A stretch of 64,000 nucleotides of DNA. Source: Bacteroidota bacterium. Its GTDB lineage: Bacteria > Bacteroidota > Bacteroidia > NS11-12g > UBA9320. The stretch lies in the NCBI GenBank assembly GCA_002746305.1, contig NVWV01000002.1:43737-107736 (forward strand), given 5' to 3'. The translations under genes were made by a program, and so were the position numbers. This document shows positions 41,176 through 51,622 of the stretch, one piece after another (within the stretch, counting starts at the first letter, position 1; each line of letters opens with the position of its first letter). The notes below the pieces were generated by a model. The model saw nothing but the letters and a program-made list of their open reading frames with translations. It ran no database searches and had not been told where the DNA came from.

Positions 41176-41646
41176 TTGGAAAAGATTGTTAAAATAGAAG
41201 AGTATTCCTTCGATTCATTACATAAAGAAAAGCAACAATTTCTAGAAAAAGCAAAGACTGCAAGTGACAGTTCATATGCTCCGTATTCTGAATTTTATGT
41301 AGGTTGTTCCGTACTTCACGAGGACAATGAGGTCGGTCTTGGAAGTAATCAAGAAAATGCTTCCTTCCCAAGTGGTTTATGTGCTGAAAGGGTTGCATTA
41401 TTTGAAAGTGCCAAGAGTTTAGATACCAATGCAGTGCGTGAAATAGCAGTTTACGCAAGATCAACTAAATATGAAGTTCCACAAATGTTAGTGCCCTGTG
41501 CAGGTTGCCTTCAGGTGATTTCTGATTTGCAGAATAGGCAAAAATCTCCAATCAAAATTTGGATGTGGGATGGAGCAGAAAAGGTTTACGTTGCTGATAA
41601 TGTAGGCCAGTTTTTACCCTTTCATTTTGAGCTAAAAGAACAATAA
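41176..41646 (+). CDS. cdd: Cytidine deaminase
   Basis: 156 aa. Zinc ligands C-A-E (LCAERVAL) and PCAGCLQ (PCGxCRQ-type) motifs. Confidence 0.85.
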   Translation: MEKIVKIEEYSFDSLHKEKQQFLEKAKTASDSSYAPYSEFYVGCSVLHEDNEVGLGSNQENASFPSGLCAERVALFESAKSLDTNAVREIAVYARSTKYEVPQMLVPCAGCLQVISDLQNRQKSPIKIWMWDGAEKVYVADNVGQFLPFHFELKEQ

Positions 41647-41818
41647 ACCTAGCTTATTTTTTTAAGAAAAAGGGCTTATACAACATTACCCAATATTCCA
41701 AATGGTTATACATTGTTTCAGAATAATAGTTTTAGGTAAATGTGAATGAAATCGGGATTAATTCTTAGTTCAAATTATAGTAACAAGGAATACATTTGTG
41801 GCATAACCAACAAACACA

Positions 41819-42568
41819 ATGAAGTTACTAGAAAATAAAACAGCCGTTATAACAGGAGCAAGTAGGGGAATAGGTAAAGGGATCGCTGAGAAGTATGCTT
41901 CTGAGGGATGTAACATTGCATTTAGTTTTGCTAGTTCAGTAGACAAAGCCAAAGCATTGGAAGAAGAGCTATCATCTAAGTACGGTGTTAAAGTTAAAGG
42001 TTTTCAGAGTAATGCTGCAGATTTTGAATCTTCACAGGCATTTATAGAAGAGGTAGTAGAAGAGTTTGGACAGATAGATGTTTTGATCAATAATGCTGGT
42101 ATTACACGAGATAATTTATTAATGAGAATGAGTGAGGAGCAGTGGGATGAGGTAATGAATGTCAATCTGAAGTCTGTATTTAATTTAACCAAAGCGTGTC
42201 TTAGGACTTTTCTTAAACAGAGAAGTGGAAGTATTATAAATATGAGCAGTGTTGTTGGCGTGATGGGTAATGCAGGTCAAAGTAATTATGCCGCATCTAA
42301 AGCAGGTATCATCGGATTTTCTAAGTCGATGGCCAAAGAATTAGGAAGCAGAGGAGTTAGATGTAATGTGATAACACCTGGTTTTATAGAAACAGAAATG
42401 ACTGCAGAAATAGGGGAGGAAGCATTGAAAAAATGGACAGATGGAATACCCTTAAAACGTGGAGGATCGACTGAGGATGTTGCTAATGCATGTGTATTTC
42501 TGGGGAGTGATATGTCTACCTACATTAGCGGTCAAGTTCTTAGTGTTTGTGGTGGTATGTTGATGTAA
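41819..42568 (+). CDS. fabG: 3-oxoacyl-[acyl-carrier-protein] reductase (SDR)
   Basis: 249 aa. TGASRGIGKGIA (TGxxxGIG), NNAG, catalytic S...YxxxK (YAASKAG). FabG-typical length and termini. Confidence 0.9.
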   Translation: MKLLENKTAVITGASRGIGKGIAEKYASEGCNIAFSFASSVDKAKALEEELSSKYGVKVKGFQSNAADFESSQAFIEEVVEEFGQIDVLINNAGITRDNLLMRMSEEQWDEVMNVNLKSVFNLTKACLRTFLKQRSGSIINMSSVVGVMGNAGQSNYAASKAGIIGFSKSMAKELGSRGVRCNVITPGFIETEMTAEIGEEALKKWTDGIPLKRGGSTEDVANACVFLGSDMSTYISGQVLSVCGGMLM

Positions 42569-42572
42569 GCAA

Positions 42573-43415
42573 ATGGCACTAGACCAGATAGATGTAGATG
42601 AATATGATGCTCAAATGTCCTTTTTGGAACATTTGGAAGCTTTGAGATGGCATTTGGTTAGGTCATTGGCCGCAACCGTGGTTGGTGGCATTATCGCCTT
42701 TATCTATGGAAGTTACATTTTTGATACTATTTTACTTGGGCCAACTAGATCAAGTTTTTGGAGTTTTAGAAAGCTCTGTGAACTTGGCCAGTATTTATAT
42801 GATAGTGATAAGTTATGTGTGGGTGAAATGGATTTTGTGGTTAAAACAGTAAATATCCAAGAGCAGTTTTATCAGCATTTTATGATTGCAGCAATTGGCG
42901 GAGTCATTATTGCGATGCCCTATATTCTTGTTGAAGTATATCGGTTTATAAAACCCGCGTTGCGTAGAACTGAAAAAAAATATAGTGGTTTTGTGATTGG
43001 TTTTGCGTCCCTATTGTTTTTCACTGGAATAGCTTTTGGATACTTCATACTCACACCTATATCTGTTAACTTTTTGGGTAATTATACGCTAAGTGAGTCC
43101 ATAGAAAAAGAATTTACAGTTGCTTCTGTAGTTAGCTTCATAACTTTGTTGACTTTAGGAGCTGGAATTATATTTGAGTTACCCATAGTTGTTTATTTTT
43201 TAGCTAAGATTGGTATTCTAACCGCAGATACTATGAGGAAATACAGGAAGGTTTCTTTAGTTGTAATTCTAATTATATCAGCTTTAGTGACTCCTCCAGA
43301 TGTGACAAGTCAAATAATACTAAGCATGCCTATCCTACTACTTTATGAAGTAGGAATTATAATAGCAAAGAGAGTGGCTCCCAAATCTATCGAAGAATTA
43401 GACACAACTGAATAA
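42573..43415 (+). CDS. tatC: Twin-arginine translocase subunit TatC
   Basis: 280 aa. MSFLEHLEALRWHLVRSL N-terminus and six TM segments typical of TatC. Confidence 0.9.
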   Translation: MALDQIDVDEYDAQMSFLEHLEALRWHLVRSLAATVVGGIIAFIYGSYIFDTILLGPTRSSFWSFRKLCELGQYLYDSDKLCVGEMDFVVKTVNIQEQFYQHFMIAAIGGVIIAMPYILVEVYRFIKPALRRTEKKYSGFVIGFASLLFFTGIAFGYFILTPISVNFLGNYTLSESIEKEFTVASVVSFITLLTLGAGIIFELPIVVYFLAKIGILTADTMRKYRKVSLVVILIISALVTPPDVTSQIILSMPILLLYEVGIIIAKRVAPKSIEELDTTE

Positions 43416-43849
43416 TGACTAAAATAAAAGTATCCATAGGTAACGATCACGCAGGGACAGATCTCAAGAATCGAATTATTAAGGAGTATTCCAACCAATT
43501 TGAATTTATAAATCACGGTACGGACAGTTCAGAATCTGTTGATTATGCAGACTTTGTACATCCTGTTGCCAAGGATGTTGAGTCAGGCCATTCGACATTT
43601 GGGGTGATTATTTGTGGAAGTGCAAATGGAGTATGTATGACTGCCAATAAGCATCAAGGGATTCGTGCGGGTTTGGCCTGGAATAAGGAGGTAGCAGCTT
43701 TGATTAAGCAGCACAATAATGCTAATATTATTGGTCTGCCAGCTCGCTTTCTAACAGAAGATGAGGCTTTGGAAGTGTTTCAGACGTACCTAGATGAAGA
43801 TTATGAGGGAGGAAGACATCAACGAAGGGTGGATAAAATACCGTGCTAA
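43415..43849 (+). CDS. rpiB: Ribose-5-phosphate isomerase B
   Basis: 144 aa. IGNDHAGTDLK, GVIICGSANGVCMTANK and GLPARF motifs of the RpiB/LacAB family. Confidence 0.9.
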   Translation: MTKIKVSIGNDHAGTDLKNRIIKEYSNQFEFINHGTDSSESVDYADFVHPVAKDVESGHSTFGVIICGSANGVCMTANKHQGIRAGLAWNKEVAALIKQHNNANIIGLPARFLTEDEALEVFQTYLDEDYEGGRHQRRVDKIPC

Positions 43850-44541
43850 GTTACTAGCATCCCTTCTTTAAGAACTGGAACTAGGTTAATTGTATTAATC
43901 TGACAACAGTATTCAATATCCTTAGTAACACCTTTACTTGCAAGACGTTGAAAGTGGTTGGAATTTTGCAATGCTTTGAATAAATCTCCTTTAGCTGCGT
44001 TGTAGGCATCAATAGTTAAGAGACTAGAATCATCCAATTCTTCATCTGTAAATGAACTTGCTACTGCACCTGCGAACAGACTATCCTCTAAGTTTACTTT
44101 ATCCTTCCAACCAGCACAAAAAAGAACAATATCCTTATTCAATTTATTAATATGAGAAACCACTGCGTCCAAGTTTAGAAATGAGCCAATAACCACTTGA
44201 TATGCCTGACTTGCCATCTCTATGCATTTGGTACCATTGGTAGTCGTAAGTACAATGTCTTTTTGGGAGATAATGTCTTCAGTGTAATGAAAGGGTGAGT
44301 TGCCAAAATCAAAACCTTCGATAGTTTCTCCATTGCGTTCGCCCCCTACTAGATAACCTTTTGATTTGTATTCCCTTGCAATACCTTCCTCTTTAACAGG
44401 AATTACAGACAAGGCTCCATTATTAAGTATGGTAGTTATGGTGGAAGTTGCTCTTAGTATATCAATTACAACAACAACTTTACTTTCAAGGTTTTCTACC
44501 TGTTTAAATAGGAGAGGAGATAGTATTGTTTCTATCTTCAT
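43846..44541 (-). CDS. 2-phosphosulfolactate phosphatase (ComB) family protein
   Basis: 231 aa. VVIDILRATSTITTIL and GGERNGETIEGFDFGNSP fit the ComB family. Confidence 0.75.
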   Translation of the reverse strand: MKIETILSPLLFKQVENLESKVVVVIDILRATSTITTILNNGALSVIPVKEEGIAREYKSKGYLVGGERNGETIEGFDFGNSPFHYTEDIISQKDIVLTTTNGTKCIEMASQAYQVVIGSFLNLDAVVSHINKLNKDIVLFCAGWKDKVNLEDSLFAGAVASSFTDEELDDSSLLTIDAYNAAKGDLFKALQNSNHFQRLASKGVTKDIEYCCQINTINLVPVLKEGMLVT

Positions 44542-45515
44542 GAACTGGAAGTAGCAAATTTAGATTCAATAGTTTTAGATACTGTTTCTAAAACTCTGAA
44601 AGCTGTGTCAGCCATAGTATTTACTTTTTCGTCCAAAGTAGGATTGATTTCTGTTATCTCAAAGCAGCAAATTTTTGAGCTTTTATTAAGTTCTACAAGT
44701 AACTCAGTTACCTCTAATTCGCTAAAGCCATTAGGTACAGGAGTTCCTGTTCCATGAGAAACAAGATCCGGATCCATGCTATCAACATCAAAAGTGATGT
44801 AGATAATATCACATTCCTCAAGATAATCTAGGGTTTCAGATGCAACTATGCTTGGACCTTTTTTCTGAAGTTCATCAACCTCAATGTTTTTTATATTGTA
44901 TTTATCAATTAAGTATTCCTCTTCTTCCTCTGTATCTCGTACACCAATAAAGACTAAATCTTGAGGATAAATTTTCGGGATTATACCACCCACATTTTTT
45001 AATAAATCCCATTTTTCTTTTGAATGACTAGAAATAGTGTTTTTAACTTTATCTAGATTATCCTCACCTAAACTTACAGCCAATGGCATTCCGTGAACGT
45101 TACCAGTAGGAGATGTGTAGGGAGAATGAAGATCTGCATGGGCATCAACCCATATTACACCTAACCTTTTGTCTGGGTATGAATGTTTGATCCCAGCAAT
45201 AGTCCCAGCAGCAGAAGAGTGATCTCCGGCAAGTACAATAGGGAATTTACCTTCTGAGTATACTTTTTTCAATACACTACAGAAGTCCTCACAAAGCTCA
45301 ATCAAGCCAACAATATTATGGGCATTCTCGTCCTCAAACTTACTAGTCTCGAAGATAAGGTGGTTATGATTTAAGACTTCTTCTGAATACTTGTCAATAA
45401 AATAATTACTATGAGCCCGTAACGATGCAATCTTAAGAGCCTCGATTCCAAGACTTGCTCCTCTAGTTCCTGCCCCAATTTCCGATCTGGAATTAACTAT
45501 TTTGATGCTACTCAT
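44538..45515 (-). CDS. Arginase / agmatinase / formimidoylglutamase-family metallohydrolase
   Basis: 325 aa. Mn-binding motifs GGDHSSA, DAHADLHSP and DVDSMDP of the ureohydrolase family. Which subfamily it belongs to is not resolved. Confidence 0.8.
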   Translation of the reverse strand: MSSIKIVNSRSEIGAGTRGASLGIEALKIASLRAHSNYFIDKYSEEVLNHNHLIFETSKFEDENAHNIVGLIELCEDFCSVLKKVYSEGKFPIVLAGDHSSAAGTIAGIKHSYPDKRLGVIWVDAHADLHSPYTSPTGNVHGMPLAVSLGEDNLDKVKNTISSHSKEKWDLLKNVGGIIPKIYPQDLVFIGVRDTEEEEEYLIDKYNIKNIEVDELQKKGPSIVASETLDYLEECDIIYITFDVDSMDPDLVSHGTGTPVPNGFSELEVTELLVELNKSSKICCFEITEINPTLDEKVNTMADTAFRVLETVSKTIESKFATSSS

Positions 45516-45528
45516 ATTTTTTCAGTCA

Positions 45529-45936
45529 CTAGTTTTTTAGTAGTTTGATTAACGGCCGCCTTATTTTATCTCCAACAATAAAAGCATCTGGAAAGTAAAT
45601 TCTAATCTGTTTTAGCATTTCTTGAGCGTCAATTTCTCTATAGTAGTCTCCAATTCTCACTTTCCAGTATGGTTGTTGATATAAGAAGTAAGTTCTATCA
45701 AAAAACTCTGGAAATCTTGCCTTAAATTTTGCCTCGGCTGCTTGTACGTCATCTCGATTGCTACTGAAACCAATTTGAATTCTATATCCAGAGAAGTTGG
45801 TGGTATCAATTTTGCCATTTTTCATTCGTACTTGCTCGTTTATCCTCTCGTCAATGTCAATAGACACTTGACTGAATGAATTAAACCCACCAAGTAATAA
45901 TAGTGTTGTTAAAATAATCTTAAGATTCTTTGCCAT
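45529..45936 (-). CDS. SPOR-domain (peptidoglycan-binding) protein
   Basis: Start at the ATG 45936 (MAKNLKIILTTLLLLGGFNSFSQ signal). C-terminal SPOR-like YRIQIGFSSNRDDVQAAEAKFKARFPE...WKVRIGDY. The start overlaps the secA 3' end by 17 nt. Confidence 0.65.
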   Translation of the reverse strand: MAKNLKIILTTLLLLGGFNSFSQVSIDIDERINEQVRMKNGKIDTTNFSGYRIQIGFSSNRDDVQAAEAKFKARFPEFFDRTYFLYQQPYWKVRIGDYYREIDAQEMLKQIRIYFPDAFIVGDKIRRPLIKLLKN

Positions 45937-48900
45937 GACATTTTTTATATTTTTTACCACTTCCACAAGGGCAAGCATCATTTCTTCCTACCTTTTGCTC
46001 TGATCGTACAGGAACAGCTACCTCTTTTGGTTTATCTTCCTGTTGATTTGGATTCTCTTGAGAAACAAGAGCTTCAGCCGCTCTACTCGTTCTCATCTTG
46101 CTCATGTCAGCACGTTTACGATCCTTAGCTTCTTTCATGTCATCAGAAGCTTGTATTGGAATATTTCCTTTAAATAGTAATGAAACAATTTCACTATTTA
46201 ATGTGCTAATCATAGTTTGAAAGAGATTAAAGGACTCAAGCTTATAGATAAGTAATGGGTCTTTTTGCTCATAAGAGGCATTGTTTGCTGTCTGTTTTAA
46301 ATCATCCAGTTCCCGTAAATGTTCTTTCCAATGATCATCAATACTTGCAAGAACAACAAATCGTTCGAATGCATTGGTTATTTCAGCACCTTCTGTTGCT
46401 ATAGCCTTCTCTAGGTTGACGGAGACATTAAGAGATTTTTTACCGTCGGAGAAAGGTACCAGAATGTTTTTAACCTCGGCACCTCTTTCTTCATTTATAC
46501 TATGGAAAACAGATAAAGCCCGTTCTCTGATATCCTTATTTTTTCGTTCGTAAGCTATTAAGCCCTGTTCGAAAACCTCTTGTATTATACTATCTGGTTT
46601 TTGGTCATAGAAGTTTTGTTCTGTAATGGTAGGCTCAAAGGCTAAATGCCTTAAAGTCTCCATTCTGAAACCTTCGTAATCATCAGTATCTTTAAATGCA
46701 GATACAGCCTCTTCAACCCAGTCATATAAAGCATTATTTATATCTACTGATAATCTATCTCCATACAATGCATTTTTTCTACGTGAGTATATAACCACAC
46801 GTTGTTTATTCATTACGTCATCATACTCAAGAAGACGCTTACGGACACCAAAATTATTTTGTTCTACTTTCTTTTGTGATCGCTCAATGGTTTTGGAAAT
46901 CATAGAGTGCTGGATTACTTCACCTTCTTCATAACCAAAGCGATCCATTACCTTAGATACTCTATCAGAGCCAAATAGTCTCATTAAATTGTCTTCAAGT
47001 GAAACAAAAAACTGAGAACTACCAGGATCCCCTTGTCTACCAGCTCTACCTCTCAACTGTCTATCTACACGTCTACTATCGTGACGCTCTGTACCGACAA
47101 TTGCAAGTCCACCAGATTCTTTAACACCTTTACCAAGTTTTATGTCTGTACCACGGCCTGCCATGTTAGTGGCTATAGTAATGCTACCAGATTGCCCAGC
47201 TGCTGCTACAATATCCGCTTCTCGTTGATGTTGCTTCGCATTCAGTACACTGTGTTTAATTTTACGCATGTTTAACATACGACTTAGCAGCTCTGAAACC
47301 TCTACAGAAGTAGTACCTACCAATACTGGTCTTCCTTCATTTTGCAAACGAATAACTTCTTCAGCTACAGCATTGAATTTCTCTCTAATCGTTTTATATA
47401 CTAAATCTTCTCTATCATCTCTTACAATTGGTCTATTAGTTGGTATTACAATGACATCCAACTTATAGATTTCCCATAATTCACCTTCTTCTGTTTCTGC
47501 AGTTCCGGTCATACCACTTAGTTTGTGGTACATTCTAAAAAAGTTTTGTAGTGTAATTGTTGCGAAAGTCTGCGTCGCTGCTTCCACTTTTACATTTTCT
47601 TTTGCTTCGATTGCCTGATGTAATCCGTCGGAATATCTTCTTCCATCCATTACACGGCCTGTTTGCTCATCTACAATTTTGACTTTACTATCCTGAATAA
47701 TGTATTCTACATCTTTTTCAAACATAGCATAGGCTTTAAGAAGTTGATTGATGCTATGAATACGCTCAGATTTTACAGAAAATTCACGCATTAGCTCATC
47801 TTTTTGCTTCTGTTTGTCATCAGCAGGTATCTCTTGCTTTTCCAACTCAGCAATAGCCGAACCTACATCAGGAAGTACAAAGAAGTTAGCGTCATCACTA
47901 TTATCTGTTATTAAGTCTATTCCTTTATCGGTAAGCTCAATCTGATTGTTTTTTTCATCGATGGTAAAATAGAGTTCAGAATCTACTATATGCATTTCCT
48001 TTTGTTGGTCTTGCAGATAGTAATTTTCAGCTTTGGTCATTAAGGCTTTCATCCCTTGCTCACCTAAAAACTTAATCACAGGTTTACTTTTAGGTAATCC
48101 TCTTTGGCATCTAAAAAGTAACAGTCCAGCATCTTTTTCAGATGTTTTACCTTCTTTGATCATCTTTTTAGCTTCCGTAAGTGCAGTATTGAGATATCGC
48201 TTCTGAGCATCAACTACCTTTTGTATTTTGGGTTTTAACTCATTGAATTCATGAATATCACCTCTTGGGGTAGGCCCACTAATAATCAATGGAGTTCGAG
48301 CATCATCTATTAAAACAGAATCTACTTCATCAATCATTGCATAATGATGTTTTTCTTGCACTTGCTCATCGGGGCTATGTGCCATATTATCTCTTAGGTA
48401 ATCAAAACCAAATTCATTGTTAGTTCCATAGGTGATATCAGCTAAATAAGCCGCTTTACGTTCTGGAGAATGTGGCCTATAATAATCAAGACAATCTACT
48501 TTAAGGCCATGAAACTGAAAAATAGGAGCATTCCATTCACAGTCTCTCCTTGCTAAATAATCATTTACAGTAACAATGTGTACACCTCTTTGACCTAGGG
48601 CATTCAAATAGGCGGGAAGAGTAGAAACCAAGGTCTTACCTTCACCAGTCTGCATCTCTGCAATCTTGCCTTGGTGCAACACAACACCACCAATTAACTG
48701 CACATCATAATGAATCATGTTCCAATTCATCTCTTGTCCGGCAGCATCCCATGTGGTTTGATATACTACGTCGTTTCCTGTAATACTGATATGCTCTCTA
48801 GTCGCAGCTAAATCCCTATCAAAATCGGAAGCAGTAGCCGTAAGTGAATCATTTTCGGTAAATCTACGTGCAGTTTCTTTTATAACAGCAAAGGCTTCCG

Positions 48901-49237
48901 GAAGTAATTCTTCTAATATTGTTTCCAGTTTTTCATCACGTTCCTTTTCAAGGATATCAATCCTCTCATATGCTTCTTCTTTTTTATCAATTTCAGTGAC
49001 ATTTGCTTTTTCAATCTCAGACTTTAAGTCAGCTATTTGCGTATCAGTCTCTGACAGATAGTCATTTACCCTTGTTTTAAACTCTATCGTTTTTGCTCTG
49101 AGTTGATCATTTGTCAAACCCTGAAGTTTGTCATACTCACCATTTATCTTGGCTACATAAGGTGAAACGCCCTTTATATCTTTATCTGCTTTACTACCGA
49201 AAAGCTTTGAAATTCCGCTTACTAATGAATTAATCAT
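45920..49237 (-). CDS. secA: Preprotein translocase ATPase SecA
   Basis: 1105 aa. DEAD-like motor motifs, and a C-terminal zinc-binding tail CPCGSGKKYKKCHG. Confidence 0.97.
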   Translation of the reverse strand: MINSLVSGISKLFGSKADKDIKGVSPYVAKINGEYDKLQGLTNDQLRAKTIEFKTRVNDYLSETDTQIADLKSEIEKANVTEIDKKEEAYERIDILEKERDEKLETILEELLPEAFAVIKETARRFTENDSLTATASDFDRDLAATREHISITGNDVVYQTTWDAAGQEMNWNMIHYDVQLIGGVVLHQGKIAEMQTGEGKTLVSTLPAYLNALGQRGVHIVTVNDYLARRDCEWNAPIFQFHGLKVDCLDYYRPHSPERKAAYLADITYGTNNEFGFDYLRDNMAHSPDEQVQEKHHYAMIDEVDSVLIDDARTPLIISGPTPRGDIHEFNELKPKIQKVVDAQKRYLNTALTEAKKMIKEGKTSEKDAGLLLFRCQRGLPKSKPVIKFLGEQGMKALMTKAENYYLQDQQKEMHIVDSELYFTIDEKNNQIELTDKGIDLITDNSDDANFFVLPDVGSAIAELEKQEIPADDKQKQKDELMREFSVKSERIHSINQLLKAYAMFEKDVEYIIQDSKVKIVDEQTGRVMDGRRYSDGLHQAIEAKENVKVEAATQTFATITLQNFFRMYHKLSGMTGTAETEEGELWEIYKLDVIVIPTNRPIVRDDREDLVYKTIREKFNAVAEEVIRLQNEGRPVLVGTTSVEVSELLSRMLNMRKIKHSVLNAKQHQREADIVAAAGQSGSITIATNMAGRGTDIKLGKGVKESGGLAIVGTERHDSRRVDRQLRGRAGRQGDPGSSQFFVSLEDNLMRLFGSDRVSKVMDRFGYEEGEVIQHSMISKTIERSQKKVEQNNFGVRKRLLEYDDVMNKQRVVIYSRRKNALYGDRLSVDINNALYDWVEEAVSAFKDTDDYEGFRMETLRHLAFEPTITEQNFYDQKPDSIIQEVFEQGLIAYERKNKDIRERALSVFHSINEERGAEVKNILVPFSDGKKSLNVSVNLEKAIATEGAEITNAFERFVVLASIDDHWKEHLRELDDLKQTANNASYEQKDPLLIYKLESFNLFQTMISTLNSEIVSLLFKGNIPIQASDDMKEAKDRKRADMSKMRTSRAAEALVSQENPNQQEDKPKEVAVPVRSEQKVGRNDACPCGSGKKYKKCHGKES

Positions 49238-49405
49238 TTGATTCTTTTTCTATCTATGGTCTAAAATTATGCCAATAATTATTGTTATCTATCTATGTCT
49301 CGTTTTAAGGGCTTTTACAATTGATTAAATTACATGCCTGAAAATACCTTTAAGTTATTGTCAAGAAAACGCTCAATATGTTTATATATTTTGCTTAAAA
49401 AACGA

Positions 49406-49437
49406 GGTTCAAATGTAACCATATTTATCTTTGAACC
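49406..49437. promoter_or_regulatory. 8-bp perfect inverted repeat GGTTCAAA-n16-TTTGAACC ending 13 nt upstream of the purD ATG
   Basis: Read directly from the sequence. A candidate operator or 5'-UTR hairpin in the secA/purD divergent region. Confidence 0.3.
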
Positions 49438-49449
49438 ATATAACAAACA

Positions 49450-50727
49450 ATGCGAATATTAATACTTGGGTCAGGTGCTAGAGAGCACGCAATAGCTTGG
49501 AAAATAAGTGCAGAAATAGGTAGGGATAATGTCTTTATAGCACCAGGAAATGGAGGGACAGAATTATGCGGTACTAATGTGGATATTGGTTATATGCAAT
49601 TTGATGATTTAAAGAACTACTGCTTGGCGAACGATATTGATACAGTCTTACCTGGTTCAGAAGAGGCCATAGCAGCAGGTGTTCGAGATTTTTTTGAGAA
49701 TAGTACAGATGGAAAACATATTTATGTTTTTTCACCAGATAAGCATGCAGGACAGTTAGAAAGTAGTAAAGCATTCGCTAAAGAGTTCATGCAAAAGGAA
49801 AATATTCCTACAGCAGCTTATCAGGCATTTACTAAAGAGTCCGTTGACGAAGGATATGCTTTTTTGGAAAGTTTAGAGTCTCCATACGTTCTTAAAGCAG
49901 ACGGGTTAGCAGCTGGTAAAGGAGTTTTAATTCTTAATGATTTGGAAGAGGCAAAAACTGAATTGAAGAGTATGCTTGTGGATGAGAAGTTTGGAAATGC
50001 TTCTAAACAGGTGGTAATTGAGGAATTTTTAGATGGAATAGAATTCAGTGTATTTGCTCTGACTGACGGAGAAAAGTACGTTTTGCTCCCAGAGGCAAAG
50101 GATTACAAAAGAATAGGAGAGGGTGACGTAGGCTTAAATACGGGAGGAATGGGAGCAGTATCTCCTGTGCCTTTCTATACCGAGGAGTTAAAAAGAAAAA
50201 CGATTAGTCAGATTGTTGAGCCTACCATAAAAGGACTAGGTAAGCAAGGTCTTAAGTTTAGGGGCATTGTCTTCTTTGGGCTAATAGTGGTTAACAATGA
50301 TCCATTTGTAATAGAGTATAATGTTCGAATGGGAGATCCTGAGACAGAAGTAGTTATTCCCCGTTTAGATGAGTCCTTGTCTCAACTGATAGAAGATGCC
50401 AAGAATGGTACTTTATTAAGTAAAACGGCAAAAGCAAAGTCTGGATATGCAACGACGGTATTTGCAGTTTCTGGAGGATATCCTGAAGCCTACGAAAAGG
50501 GTAAAGAAATTAGCATTGGAATAGATAGTGAAACACTTTTTCATGCTGGGACAAAAAGAATGGATACGAGCCTTGTTACAAATGGCGGAAGAGTTCTTGC
50601 AGCAACTTGTTTTGGAGACTCAATGCGTAGTGCACTTGATGCAAGCTATGCTAGTATAAAAGGTGTTAACTTTGACAAGAAACACTATAGAGCAGATATT
50701 GGGAAGGATTTAGAGAAATACGTATAA
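49450..50727 (+). CDS. purD: Phosphoribosylamine--glycine ligase
   Basis: 425 aa. MRILILGSGAREHAIAWKI N-terminus and ATP-grasp fold motifs. Confidence 0.95.
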   Translation: MRILILGSGAREHAIAWKISAEIGRDNVFIAPGNGGTELCGTNVDIGYMQFDDLKNYCLANDIDTVLPGSEEAIAAGVRDFFENSTDGKHIYVFSPDKHAGQLESSKAFAKEFMQKENIPTAAYQAFTKESVDEGYAFLESLESPYVLKADGLAAGKGVLILNDLEEAKTELKSMLVDEKFGNASKQVVIEEFLDGIEFSVFALTDGEKYVLLPEAKDYKRIGEGDVGLNTGGMGAVSPVPFYTEELKRKTISQIVEPTIKGLGKQGLKFRGIVFFGLIVVNNDPFVIEYNVRMGDPETEVVIPRLDESLSQLIEDAKNGTLLSKTAKAKSGYATTVFAVSGGYPEAYEKGKEISIGIDSETLFHAGTKRMDTSLVTNGGRVLAATCFGDSMRSALDASYASIKGVNFDKKHYRADIGKDLEKYV

Positions 50728-50923
50728 TGGAGGTAATAAAGAAAATAATAGGTTATTTAACGTTTAAAAAGGACTCAGGAGAAGGAATTTTCTTAAAGCA
50801 GATGCACGGAATTAATAAAATATCCATTTTGATTTTTTTAATAGCAATGGTGTTTCTGGTATTTAAACTGACACGTTAGTATATTGGAATAGTTTTTGCC
50901 ATTTTACAATTAAACAAGAAGAA

Positions 50924-51604
50924 ATGAATTTAATGTATCTTTTAATATTTGTGATAATGGGTTTAAGCTGGTTTGTTCAAAATCGTCTCAAATCCAAGTT
51001 TAAAAAATATTCTCAAACTCCTATATCATCAAACCTTACAGGACATGAGATTGCAGAAAAGATGTTACATGATAATGGTATTTATGATGTCAAGGTAATT
51101 TCTGTAAATGGTCAATTAACGGATCACTACAATCCAATTAAAAAGACTGTCAACCTAAGTGAGGGTGTGTATAATCAAAGAAATGCAGCAGCGGCTGCAA
51201 TAGCCGCACATGAGTGCGGACATGCTGTACAACATGCACGCTCGTATTTTTGGCTTACTATGAGAAGCAAACTAGTTCCTATGGTCTCTGTAAGTTCTAG
51301 ATGGTTACACTGGGTTTTATTGGCCGGTATCCTTCTTATTGGAACATTTGGGACATCACTTCTTTATGTAGGAATCGGACTATTTGCTCTTACGACATTG
51401 TTCAGTTTTGTAACATTACCGGTCGAATTTGACGCCAGTAAACGTGCGTTACTATGGATAGAAGAGAAAAATATAGTAACACGTGAGGAGTTAGGAGATA
51501 GTAAAGATGCTTTGAAATGGGCAGCTATGACATATATTGTTGCAGCAGTTAGTTCGCTAGCTACTCTTCTATACTACGTCTCTATAGCTATGGGTAGAGA
51601 TTAA
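50924..51604 (+). CDS. Putative neutral zinc metallopeptidase (PF04298-like membrane protein)
   Basis: 226 aa. HECGHAVQH (HExxH) flanked by TM segments, and the size typical of this family. Confidence 0.75.
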   Translation: MNLMYLLIFVIMGLSWFVQNRLKSKFKKYSQTPISSNLTGHEIAEKMLHDNGIYDVKVISVNGQLTDHYNPIKKTVNLSEGVYNQRNAAAAAIAAHECGHAVQHARSYFWLTMRSKLVPMVSVSSRWLHWVLLAGILLIGTFGTSLLYVGIGLFALTTLFSFVTLPVEFDASKRALLWIEEKNIVTREELGDSKDALKWAAMTYIVAAVSSLATLLYYVSIAMGRD

Positions 51605-51622
51605 TAAGACTTTTAAATATTA

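Noticed and set aside
42960-42975. An A8 homopolymer inside tatC as a possible slipped-strand phase-variation site
   Set aside because: It encodes KK in an otherwise intact essential gene, with no evidence of frame disruption. It is probably incidental in an AT-rich genome.
47033-47468. Two plus-strand ORFs inside secA
   Set aside because: Antisense to a clearly intact SecA reading frame.
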